64,000 bases of DNA, taken from positions 2,144,001 to 2,208,000 of the forward strand of contig CAWJWJ010000002.1 in assembly GCA_963846575.1 (NCBI GenBank). The letters run 5' to 3'. This DNA comes from an uncultured Nitrospiraceae bacterium. GTDB taxonomy: Bacteria; Nitrospirota; Nitrospiria; Nitrospirales; Nitrospiraceae. The notes under the pieces are model-generated. The model did not search any database. It saw only the letters and a list, made by a program, of their open reading frames with translations, and had not been told where the DNA came from. Shown piece after piece: positions 29,045 to 38,004 of the stretch. The position numbers and the translations under genes are program-made. Position 1 is the stretch's first letter; the number at the start of each line of letters is the position of its first letter.

Positions 29045-29193
29045 AACAGCGTGTAAATAAAAGGCGCAACCGCCGACCCCTGAGTGAGCACGATCAAGCT
29101 GCCCAAGAGGACAAGCATCACGATAATAGGTAACAACCAGAATTTCTTACGTTCTTTCATGAACGCCCAAAGTTCTGCCAAGAATTCGCCCAT
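29041..29193 (-). CDS. Small membrane protein, SxtK/DUF5989 family (50 aa; below the ORF-track cutoff)
   Basis: MGEFLAELWAFMKERKKFWLLPIIVMLVLLGSLIVLTQGSAVAPFIYTLF; GGAGGAG RBS; directly after the SxtJ-like gene. Confidence 0.9.
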   Translation of the reverse strand: MGEFLAELWAFMKERKKFWLLPIIVMLVLLGSLIVLTQGSAVAPFIYTLF

Positions 29194-29209
29194 ATTCTCC
29201 TCCGTAATC

Positions 29210-29605
29210 TTAGAACTGCCTCGTCATGTGGCTTCGTGGCCTCGCCTGGCGCACAACTCGATAACTCTCGGCATCTCGACTTAGAGCTCTTCGCATCGAA
29301 TCCCAACCGAATAGCCGCATGACGACCCCCATCGGGGTGATGAGTCCAAAGTATAGAACTCCGAGGATAAGCCTTGTGTTAATCCATCCCATTACATGGC
29401 CGACCTTCATCCACGCCTTGAAGAGAGGGGCGAGGACTGTTGGCGCCACTAGTCCCAACGGGATGAGAACAGATCCCGGGATGAGCGCCCAAAAACGTAT
29501 CCCTTCGCCGTGCCGAATCATCGGCCAGATGCCGATCAGGCAAAAAGCCCCTCCCACGATTAAGCCAAAATTCCGCAGTTCTTTTTTTTCACATAGACCA
29601 TCCAT
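29210..29605 (-). CDS. SxtJ-family membrane protein
   Basis: ELRNFGL, LAPLFKAWMKVGHVMGWINTRLIL, C-terminal MTRQF. Confidence 0.88.
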   Translation of the reverse strand: MDGLCEKKELRNFGLIVGGAFCLIGIWPMIRHGEGIRFWALIPGSVLIPLGLVAPTVLAPLFKAWMKVGHVMGWINTRLILGVLYFGLITPMGVVMRLFGWDSMRRALSRDAESYRVVRQARPRSHMTRQF

Positions 29606-29690
29606 TCAGCACCTCCTCATGTCCTCGTCAAGTTACCCACTATAGGCCAGTAAAGCCATCATCTCGCCCAAAATGGATGGTGTCCTCATC

Positions 29691-30830
29691 TCAACGCTTG
29701 GACGGCTCCCATCGAAACACTCGATCTCCCCGCACATAGCGTATCCAAGCATCGAGGATCGATAGGTTGACCAGAACAAAAAAAGATGGCAATCGCAACA
29801 AACTATTTTTTGGCATCCAGTGACATGCTGCATAGGCCGACGCTATGACATAAAAAAGAACGTGTCCGACCAAAAGCACTTGATAAAACATAGACTGTGT
29901 AGCCAGCGCGACGTTGGAGATCAACGCTCCGATCATCGCAAATGGTACAAGCCATCGACACAATTTGTGACTGAACAACTGCCAGGCGAACACCCCATAT
30001 GCAAACGGATTTAACATCGGCAGACTGCGCATCAGCACGGCAATGCCCCTTAGGACGGTCCGAACCTTGCGCTGGTATTCTTTCTTCTCGTCCGTCAAAT
30101 TCTTATAATATCCAACACTTCTCGAATCTGACACTCCCCGAAGCCCTGCCTTCACAGAGTTCAGTAAGGTATTGAAATCACTTTGCAGATCATCGGCCCA
30201 CGGACTACAGACGGTTCTTCTGGCGGCAAAAAATGATCCACTGAGACCTACCAACGTATTGAATCTGGTCTCCAATTGACGAAGCAGCATTTCATACTTA
30301 ACGTATGCGCCCTCTCCACTCAGGTTTCCCTTTGCATCCACAAATTGATCCACACTACTCACGCATCCCACGGTTGGATCATTAAAAGACTTTACAATGT
30401 TAGCAATGCCCTGCGGTGGAAGCGTGGTGGCCACATCGGAGAATACCAAAATTTCTCCGCTCGTCTGGCTGACCGCAATTTTCTGAGCTGCCTCCTTACC
30501 CCGTCTTTCTGGTGCGCGTATAAGCTTTACACCCGACGAGGCATAGGCTCGCACGATGTCGTCCGTTTGATCCGATGAGCAGTCGGACGCGACCACTATT
30601 TCGAGACTGTCTCGAGGATATTGCTGCTGGAGGGTGTTGTCGATCTTGTCGCTAATGCGTGTTTCCTCGTTATAGGCTGTGATTACAAACGAAACCGTAG
30701 GCTGAATATCCGCCACCAACACGGGCTTAGGTCTGATACGAGACAAAGTAAGTAGGATTAGCAAATATCCTGCGTAAGCGTAAAAAATAAAGCCCAGCGA
30801 ACCCCAAAATATTCCTTCAGCGAACCACAT
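29691..30830 (-). CDS. Glycosyltransferase family 2 with membrane segments
   Basis: ITAYNEE, SDCSSD, GKEAAQ, RKVRT, SHKLCRW; N- and C-terminal TM helices. Confidence 0.9.
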   Translation of the reverse strand: MWFAEGIFWGSLGFIFYAYAGYLLILLTLSRIRPKPVLVADIQPTVSFVITAYNEETRISDKIDNTLQQQYPRDSLEIVVASDCSSDQTDDIVRAYASSGVKLIRAPERRGKEAAQKIAVSQTSGEILVFSDVATTLPPQGIANIVKSFNDPTVGCVSSVDQFVDAKGNLSGEGAYVKYEMLLRQLETRFNTLVGLSGSFFAARRTVCSPWADDLQSDFNTLLNSVKAGLRGVSDSRSVGYYKNLTDEKKEYQRKVRTVLRGIAVLMRSLPMLNPFAYGVFAWQLFSHKLCRWLVPFAMIGALISNVALATQSMFYQVLLVGHVLFYVIASAYAACHWMPKNSLLRLPSFFVLVNLSILDAWIRYVRGDRVFRWEPSKR

Positions 30831-30894
30831 TATTCTTCATCCTGCGTGTACCGCCCGCTTCCTGGATCCCTCACACACGCTATTGACTACTCAC

Positions 30895-32166
30895 TTAACT
30901 CGCAGCTGGTCGATTATTATGGCGCTCCCCTCGAGCGCTGGACGTATAGTTGGGTTTCGTTCCTTCAGCCCGCTGAAGACCATGAATGGCATTACAAATC
31001 CGTCTGAGATCTTGCGCAGTTAGTAGTTCGTGTGTCGGAAGAGTGATGAGTCGCTCAGCGAGGATCGTTGATTTCGGCGAGTCTTGCGTCATCAGTTCTT
31101 CACGAAGTTCGGGAATAGATCGAATCGGCGACGGATACATTGAACTTACACCAAGTCCCTGATGGCCCGACTGACGGCACAATGCCTCCTTCTCTTGTTT
31201 GGAACGCATGAGAACGGGCAATCGCAGATACACTGAACGCCCCCTGGCAGGCGGCTTCATCATCTGAACACCCTCCGATACGAGCGAGCGGCTCAACTCC
31301 TCGGCATGCGCCATACGACTTGCCGTGGAATGGGTCAGTCGCTTTGCCCAGTTTCGCAACAGTCCCGCCCGGACGGGATCCATGCGCGCAACTGGGAAGT
31401 CCGTGTCAAACGTTGTCTCTCCCAACTTCAAGTTGGGAAGTCCCGCTGGTAACCAATAAAGGGAGGGGTTGATTAACACCTTCGTTGCTGCCACTTCCAG
31501 CCAATTCCTGAGCATGCCGAGCAGAGATTCCTGAGGAACCTGCTGGTACTCGCGTGCCACCGCTTCACCGATACGATCACTATTGGTTAAAATAGCTCCA
31601 CCGGACCCACAGGTGACATTTTTACCTCTCCCGAAACTCAGGAAAGAGACGTCCCCCATGGCACCGAACTTTATTCCATCGCGATCGCCGCCAAACGCTT
31701 GAGCCACATCTTCCACTACGAAAATGCCTCGCTGCTTACATAGTTCGATCGCACGTGGCACATCAACGCCCAAACCAAACAGATGTGTTGCCAACACACA
31801 CAACACCTCAGAATCCACCCTTTGCGTCAGCTGAGCAAAGTCGAAATCTAACGTGTGTAAATCCAAATCACACAATGCAACCGACAATTGAGCTCGAGCC
31901 ACGGCCGACGGAACTGAGAAACACGTATAGCCAGGAATGATCACCTTCCGCCGCCCGGACAAACCATGAATGGCGCGGAGTATGAGGGTGAGGGCAGCTT
32001 TCCCCGATGAGACAAACCACACATGCTTTATACCGAAGTAGGTGCGAAATTCAGCTTCGCGTTGCCGGATGGAAGCTTGCGACCGCCCAAGACTCCGTAA
32101 ACCCTCTAGGAGTTCGCTCCAGCTGATTGGTGCCGCAGATGGAGGGAGCGTTCGTTGCAGTTTCAT
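30895..32166 (-). CDS. DegT/DnrJ/EryC1/StrS-family PLP-dependent aminotransferase
   Basis: SSGKAAL, THLFG, VEDVAQ, SFGRGK (PLP lysine), LITLPTH. ATG 32166 overlaps the femAB-like stop. Confidence 0.85.
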   Translation of the reverse strand: MKLQRTLPPSAAPISWSELLEGLRSLGRSQASIRQREAEFRTYFGIKHVWFVSSGKAALTLILRAIHGLSGRRKVIIPGYTCFSVPSAVARAQLSVALCDLDLHTLDFDFAQLTQRVDSEVLCVLATHLFGLGVDVPRAIELCKQRGIFVVEDVAQAFGGDRDGIKFGAMGDVSFLSFGRGKNVTCGSGGAILTNSDRIGEAVAREYQQVPQESLLGMLRNWLEVAATKVLINPSLYWLPAGLPNLKLGETTFDTDFPVARMDPVRAGLLRNWAKRLTHSTASRMAHAEELSRSLVSEGVQMMKPPARGRSVYLRLPVLMRSKQEKEALCRQSGHQGLGVSSMYPSPIRSIPELREELMTQDSPKSTILAERLITLPTHELLTAQDLRRICNAIHGLQRAEGTKPNYTSSARGERHNNRPAAS

Positions 32167-33212
32167 GGAAGGTGCTTCACTATATGAGGGCCAATAACAT
32201 TCGCAACGATCAGCGGCAATTTCTGCCACAGGCGAATAGCAAGCGCATACTTTGGATTCTGGGGATTAAGTTGCGGCAATGGACGGCCATCATTCGTCCA
32301 ATAATACCAGTGAAGTTGCTTCGGCTTGGCGCCCCATTGCTCCTTGAAGCGATACGTTCCACTGTCAGGGGTTGATCGTCCAAAGTCGAAGGTCTGGAAG
32401 CCCTGTTGGCAGGCATATTCCAGCACTGTGGCGTAAAGCAACATATTGGGTGCAAGCTTGTTATACCGTTTATCTGAAGCCGCCCATGGAATCTCCAGTG
32501 AACAGCGAAACCCGTGTAAAAAGCCGGCGGCGACCGGGGCTCCGCCATGCGAGACAACACAAATTTGCGACTCTTTAGGAAAAATATCTAGGATTTTCGA
32601 AAAGAATGCCTTTGCGTAGACTGGTGTTCCCAAGTCACGCATACACCGCGAAAACACGGCGTAAAACTCATCAAGACATTCTCTCCCTCCTACTCGCGCT
32701 GTCATACCTTCTTTTTGTGCTCGGCGAACTTGGCTTCTCAATTTCGAAGGAAACTCTTTTTGTAATAACTCGTATGTGCTCGGCAACGACAGCCTCATAG
32801 ACACTTTCCGTTCGCTGGCAATCCAGGAGATGTTCGTTTCCTCCTCATGCCGGAGCTCGATATGCTCTGCCTTCAATGCTTTAGCCTGTTCGATGGTATA
32901 GGCCTCCAGCAAAGAACGTACGGACTGAGATTCTGCAACCAGACCGCCATAATTGACGAACGGCAATGACACCAGAAATCGGCCAAACACTCGACTGTCG
33001 AGAAGAACTAACGGAACAATGCCTTGCACAACGCCATCCCACCCTTTAACGGCTAAATAGTGCGTCTCATGCCCGAACGCATCCTCGATGATCCGGCGCC
33101 AACCGTGAAGATGGTATCCGGTGGATAATGGAGACTTCAGCACAAACGTGTCCCATGCCAGGACATCAGCATCCGTTCGCCCCAACATAGTCGGCACTAG
33201 GGCATCATTCAT
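32163..33212 (-). CDS. FemAB-like (GNAT-fold) protein of XrtA/PEP-CTERM-type EPS clusters
   Basis: LVSLPFVNYGG, LRSQVRRA, RDLGTPV, FDFGRS, YRFKEQWGA, NPKY. Confidence 0.88.
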   Translation of the reverse strand: MNDALVPTMLGRTDADVLAWDTFVLKSPLSTGYHLHGWRRIIEDAFGHETHYLAVKGWDGVVQGIVPLVLLDSRVFGRFLVSLPFVNYGGLVAESQSVRSLLEAYTIEQAKALKAEHIELRHEEETNISWIASERKVSMRLSLPSTYELLQKEFPSKLRSQVRRAQKEGMTARVGGRECLDEFYAVFSRCMRDLGTPVYAKAFFSKILDIFPKESQICVVSHGGAPVAAGFLHGFRCSLEIPWAASDKRYNKLAPNMLLYATVLEYACQQGFQTFDFGRSTPDSGTYRFKEQWGAKPKQLHWYYWTNDGRPLPQLNPQNPKYALAIRLWQKLPLIVANVIGPHIVKHLP

Positions 33213-33216
33213 AAAA

Positions 33217-34608
33217 TCACCGTCGGCCCCCATGCTCACGCACCGCAGCAGTAAGCACCAGCGCCAATTCCTCTGTCAGGGAACGATAATCAAACCGATT
33301 GACACGCATAGCGTCTGGCGCAAGGAGTTGCCGCTTTCCGGTCGCCACCTCTTGTAACAGCGCCTTAATGCTAGCCACCTCATTGGGACTACTTACGCCC
33401 AAGGTGTGACGATTGACCAAATTGGCGGTGGCACCTTCGCCTCCAATGAGCATGAGGGGGCGGCCGGTCGCGATGTATTCGTAAATCTTGGCTGGCACCT
33501 GCAGTGGCGAGTCTGGCTGGAGCACCAACAATACGCTCGATCGTTTCATTTCCCGCAAGCAATCACTGTGAGAAATGGATGGCTCTCTCCGTAGCAATCC
33601 GTGCTTCTCAAGCTCCTTTGCATATCGCTCGCACTCCTGGTCGGTCGTATCCCATCCTCCCACGAATCGTAGCCGAAGTGCTTCCGGCCTCAAGCAACCA
33701 TCTTTAAAGAGCTCTGACACCGCTTGCAGTAATAAGCGAGGAGACCGCTTCCCATAAACGGTCCCAAAATGGCAGAGTTCGTAGCCATTTAAGGTCCCGG
33801 AAATCCCGGCATTTCCATTACCGACCTTTTCAGATGCAATCGCATCTCGGTCAAACCCATTAGGAATCCATGTGCAACGACCTTGAAGATCACCGTATTC
33901 CAGCATAAGTCGATCACGTAGCTCCTCTGTATTGGCTATGATTCGACCCGCGACCCTACAGACCTTCGCTTCAGCCGTTCGTGATTTCTGGGCGAGCACC
34001 TGAGAGCTGAATGAATAGAAGGGGTTGCAATTCCAAGGATCGCGATAATCCAGAACCAGCGGCCGGTTAAGCTGCTTCGCCAAAGCGCAGCCGACTAAGA
34101 AACTAGTCCAAGGCCCACCAGTTGCGAGTATGACATCTGGAACACCCTTTTCCCTGAGTTGTGGCAGGTGCCGTAGAGCCTGGCCATACCATCCTCGTTG
34201 CCGATCAGGGAACGCAAATGCCCAATCCAGCAAAAAATCTTTGAGGCTTGACAGATATTGCTGTGATGGAACCACCGAGGAGCCAACTGCATCGTTCTGT
34301 TCCCGCTCCTGAATGACTGCCTTCCGGAGCCGTGCTCTCAACCATTCACGGCCCTGCAGAATCTGTTGAAGCCGATCCTTATAGGCCACGCGAGTGACAT
34401 CCACAGTCGCCGGCACTCGTTCACCTAGGTTTTCGTCAACTTGATGCGCTGGATACACACACTCGGGTGTCGTAGTGAGTATATGAGACTGCCAGCCGTA
34501 CGCGTGTAGATATCGACAGAAACCAAGCGGCCGCATAGCGCCACTGGCGACGACTGGAGGAAAATAGTATGCGACTATGAGTACTCGCTTCACAGAGTCA
34601 TTGTCCAT
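33217..34608 (-). CDS. Glycosyltransferase family 4
   Basis: AYYFPP, DYRDPW, IPNGFD, PAKIYEY. Confidence 0.88.
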   Translation of the reverse strand: MDNDSVKRVLIVAYYFPPVVASGAMRPLGFCRYLHAYGWQSHILTTTPECVYPAHQVDENLGERVPATVDVTRVAYKDRLQQILQGREWLRARLRKAVIQEREQNDAVGSSVVPSQQYLSSLKDFLLDWAFAFPDRQRGWYGQALRHLPQLREKGVPDVILATGGPWTSFLVGCALAKQLNRPLVLDYRDPWNCNPFYSFSSQVLAQKSRTAEAKVCRVAGRIIANTEELRDRLMLEYGDLQGRCTWIPNGFDRDAIASEKVGNGNAGISGTLNGYELCHFGTVYGKRSPRLLLQAVSELFKDGCLRPEALRLRFVGGWDTTDQECERYAKELEKHGLLRREPSISHSDCLREMKRSSVLLVLQPDSPLQVPAKIYEYIATGRPLMLIGGEGATANLVNRHTLGVSSPNEVASIKALLQEVATGKRQLLAPDAMRVNRFDYRSLTEELALVLTAAVREHGGRR

Positions 34609-34788
34609 TCTCGAGGAGGCCGAGGATTGGGCGACTGATATTCTATTGAAGGATCAAGCAACAAATACCAAAGAGGGTCGTTATCTCCTGCATGCCGATA
34701 GAATACGTTGACACAACTCTGGCATTGGCAAATAGTAACTCGATCCAAGATACTCAGTGGAATCCAACAGTAATCAACCTTGGGCAGA

Positions 34789-34804
34789 GTGACCGAATAA
34801 CTAA
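34789..34804 (+). repeat. 16-bp direct repeat, copy 2
   Basis: GTGACCGAATAACTAA, identical to 29029-29044. Confidence 0.5.
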
Positions 34805-35020
34805 CCTACAGGCCAGCCCAGGGCTAGCTCCTACGGTGTATTCCGTGCTTTTCTCGGCTGCGAATATATGGGGAAAAGGATCGACCTGCATCGAGGTATC
34901 TGCGACAGGAAGCCGGGTAACGCCTTCGATACTTGAGATCATTGAAATTAAGGGGACGATGAAGCGTTCCCGCTCCCACATTGCCTGGCCCGGCCTGCAA
35001 AGATTCTCGCTTCGGTGAAC

Positions 35021-36916
35021 CTAGGCAGCCAAAACGGGATCCTCACATAACTGAGCTGAAAGAATTTCAAATTCAGCGACATGAAACAGCTTATTGGCGA
35101 AATCAGCTTCTCCTCGCCGATGACGATCCAAATCTTTTAGCAGAGCACTCGAGTTGTATATGCCACGCTCGCGAGCAGCCCGACTTCCTAAAATGTCTCG
35201 AAGAGGCTCATAAAGATCATGCGCGAACCACTTCCTACTCGCCGTAGGAAATCCCATTTTGTCTACCCGACTCCGCACGCATTCGGGAATCCGACCACGC
35301 ATCGCCTCCCGAAGGACGTACTTATTCCACGGCCCTCGAACCTTCCACTCGTCAGAGAGACCTGTGACAAATGACACCAAGCGATAGTCAAGGAACGGAA
35401 GCCTCGCCTCAACCGAATGAGCCATGGAGTTGCGGTCTTCTATCCTCAAATATAAAGGCAAGGGGGCTGAAACAACTGACTGTTTCAGCGAATTGGATAA
35501 CGTGCCAGAGCTTGGAGGTAATTCCTCATTGATGAAGTGTCTGGTTAAGTCCATAGAAAACCATGGATTCTGACGAAGACGCCTCTGCCGTCTGGCCTTG
35601 GCCCATCGCCGATACTGCTCGACTCTATACATTTCCCAAGAAAGGCAACGGGTCGCGGCATCAGTCATCCGTTCTCGCGTCCCCCCCCCGTGAGCCGCCG
35701 TGTAAGCCCTCACAGCCTCCCACGCTTCCCGCACTCGTCCCTGTCGTATAAGGGATACCCAATGATCTTGGAAGTAGCTCGAATAGCCGCCGATGGTTTC
35801 ATCCGCCCCCTGTCCATTCAATACAACGCGTATTCCCTGGGAAGCAGCAAGACGCATCAATTGGTATCCAACCACGGCAGTCATAGTATGCACCGGCTCA
35901 TCTTGGAACCACAGAACCTTCCGCAAGTCGCTCCACAATTCGGCCGGACTGGTTTCGAGTTGCCTTAACTGCGCACCCGTTTGGGCCAACGTTTCGGATA
36001 TGTACTTAGATTCATCAAACTCCTTAGCTATGTAGCAGAAGGCTTGGAGAGACTGTGCCTGTGTTTCGGCAAGACCATTACGTTGCCTGGCGGCGGCGCA
36101 AATAATTGCCGTTGAGTCCAGTCCCCCAGAGAGGCACACTCCGACTGGCACATCACTGCGCATCCGTATCCGAACTGAATCCTCAAATAGCTCCGCAAAC
36201 ATCTCGGCCGGGTTAGCAGACTCTCCTAGCGACAAGGTATCAAGTGACCAGAATAACCATTGGTGCCAGGTCCCATCCAGGGTGACCTCAAACCCACTCC
36301 CCGGAGGAATTTGCTGGACATCCTCGTAAAAGGTTTCAACCTGACTATCAAGACTTCCCTCGAGTAGAAACTTAGCAGTAGTCCGCCAATTCAGCGCATC
36401 CTTCAGATATCCCGACGCGCGCAAAGCCTTGATCTCGGAGGCAAACTGTATGACCGATTCGCTTCGACTGTAATAGAGAGGCTTCACACCGAATCGATCG
36501 CGCGAACCAAAAATCCGGTGTTGCTGCCGATCATAGATCACAAAGGCCCACATCCCATTAAGCTTCGACAAGCAGTCATGCCCCCATTGACGATACGCGG
36601 CAAGCAGAACTTCACTATCTCCGCTCGACCTAAACTGATGCCCCAAGTGCTTCAGTTCAGCTCGCAGCTCGATGTAGTTGAAAATTTCGCCATTGAACAC
36701 AAGCACATATTGACCATCTTCACTGACCATCGGCTGGTGGCCCGCATCAGATAAATCCAAAATCGCAAGTCGACGAAACCCCATTCCAACAGAACCGTCT
36801 ACGTAGATGCCTCCATCGTCGGGGCCTCGATGCAGCAAGCTCTTAGCCATCCGCTCGACAGCCGGGCGTTCGATGGGTTTACCGTTCAATCCTATGGCAA
36901 TGGCTATACCGCACAT
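35021..36916 (-). CDS. asnB: Asparagine synthase (glutamine-hydrolysing)-like amidotransferase
   Basis: N-terminal MCG, HRGPD, FNGEIFN, RDRFGVKPLYY, LSGGLDS, GQGADE, EARLPFLD. Confidence 0.93.
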   Translation of the reverse strand: MCGIAIAIGLNGKPIERPAVERMAKSLLHRGPDDGGIYVDGSVGMGFRRLAILDLSDAGHQPMVSEDGQYVLVFNGEIFNYIELRAELKHLGHQFRSSGDSEVLLAAYRQWGHDCLSKLNGMWAFVIYDRQQHRIFGSRDRFGVKPLYYSRSESVIQFASEIKALRASGYLKDALNWRTTAKFLLEGSLDSQVETFYEDVQQIPPGSGFEVTLDGTWHQWLFWSLDTLSLGESANPAEMFAELFEDSVRIRMRSDVPVGVCLSGGLDSTAIICAAARQRNGLAETQAQSLQAFCYIAKEFDESKYISETLAQTGAQLRQLETSPAELWSDLRKVLWFQDEPVHTMTAVVGYQLMRLAASQGIRVVLNGQGADETIGGYSSYFQDHWVSLIRQGRVREAWEAVRAYTAAHGGGTRERMTDAATRCLSWEMYRVEQYRRWAKARRQRRLRQNPWFSMDLTRHFINEELPPSSGTLSNSLKQSVVSAPLPLYLRIEDRNSMAHSVEARLPFLDYRLVSFVTGLSDEWKVRGPWNKYVLREAMRGRIPECVRSRVDKMGFPTASRKWFAHDLYEPLRDILGSRAARERGIYNSSALLKDLDRHRRGEADFANKLFHVAEFEILSAQLCEDPVLAA

Positions 36917-36960
36917 AGAAATCTTCGTATCCTCTGTGATAAGCGCTTAAGCAATCTCAT

Positions 36961-37971
36961 CTACGTCATAACGACCTGTCTGAAATACTCAGTGGCCTTC
37001 CTCAATCCATCCTCCAACTCCACCTTTGGTTCCCAGCCGAGTAGACTTTTGGCTCTCGTGATATCGGGTCGGCGCACCTTTGGATCATCGGCAGGAAGGG
37101 GCTTCTCCTCAATCACACTTTTAGATCCAGTCAGTTTCAATATCATGTCCGCAATCCCACGGACTGTAAGTTCACGTGGATTGCCAATATTAACCGGGTC
37201 ATGAATGCTGTCCAGGATCGAATCAGACTTTTGAGTGAGGAATTTCGTACGATCGGTACGCTCTTCTAAAGACTTATCAGACTTAACCATCAACAGTGCC
37301 ACGATACCACGAACCAAATCATCGACATAGCAAAAGCTGCGCGTCTGAGAACCATTCCCAAATACCGTGAGCGGCTTTCCCTGCAACGCCTGGACGATGA
37401 AATTCGATACCACACGGCCATCTTTTGGTCTCATCCTGGGACCATAGGTATTGAATATCCTGACAATTCTCGTATCGACCCCGTGATAACGGTGATAGGC
37501 CATCGTTATAGCTTCAGCAAATCGCTTTGCCTCATCATAGACCCCACGAGCTCCAATGGGATTCACATTCCCCCAGTAAGTTTCCGGCTGGGGGTTCAGC
37601 AACGGATCTCCGTATACTTCGGAGGTGCTCGCCAGTAAGAAGCGTGCGCCTTTGGCCTTCGCCAGTCCGAGTGCCTTATGCGTACCAAGTGCACCTACCT
37701 TTAACGTCGCGATTGGCATCTCTAGATAGTCCTGCGGACTGGCTGGAGAGGCAAAATGCATGACGGCATCTAACTGACCGTCCACGTGGAGATAGTCACA
37801 AACATTATATTTCACAAAGCTGAACTTTGGATTCCCTATGAGGTGAGCGATGTTTTCAGCTCGGCCAGTGATCAAATTATCCAGCACGATCACATCATGC
37901 CCCTGGCCAATCAATAATTCAGACAAGTGACTACCAAGAAACCCTGCCCCTCCCGTAATCAGAATTCGCAT
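36961..37971 (-). CDS. UDP-glucuronate decarboxylase (UDP-xylose synthase) family
   Basis: [49 protein letters not shown]. Confidence 0.92.
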   Translation of the reverse strand: MRILITGGAGFLGSHLSELLIGQGHDVIVLDNLITGRAENIAHLIGNPKFSFVKYNVCDYLHVDGQLDAVMHFASPASPQDYLEMPIATLKVGALGTHKALGLAKAKGARFLLASTSEVYGDPLLNPQPETYWGNVNPIGARGVYDEAKRFAEAITMAYHRYHGVDTRIVRIFNTYGPRMRPKDGRVVSNFIVQALQGKPLTVFGNGSQTRSFCYVDDLVRGIVALLMVKSDKSLEERTDRTKFLTQKSDSILDSIHDPVNIGNPRELTVRGIADMILKLTGSKSVIEEKPLPADDPKVRRPDITRAKSLLGWEPKVELEDGLRKATEYFRQVVMT

Positions 37972-38004
37972 GAATCGTGCCCTCCTTCACAAGCAGTCTT
38001 GTAA

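Noticed and set aside
34692..35018. 108-aa plus-strand and 75-aa minus-strand ORFs in the gap after asnB
   Set aside because: No recognisable homology or convincing RBS; cannot be supported without a search.
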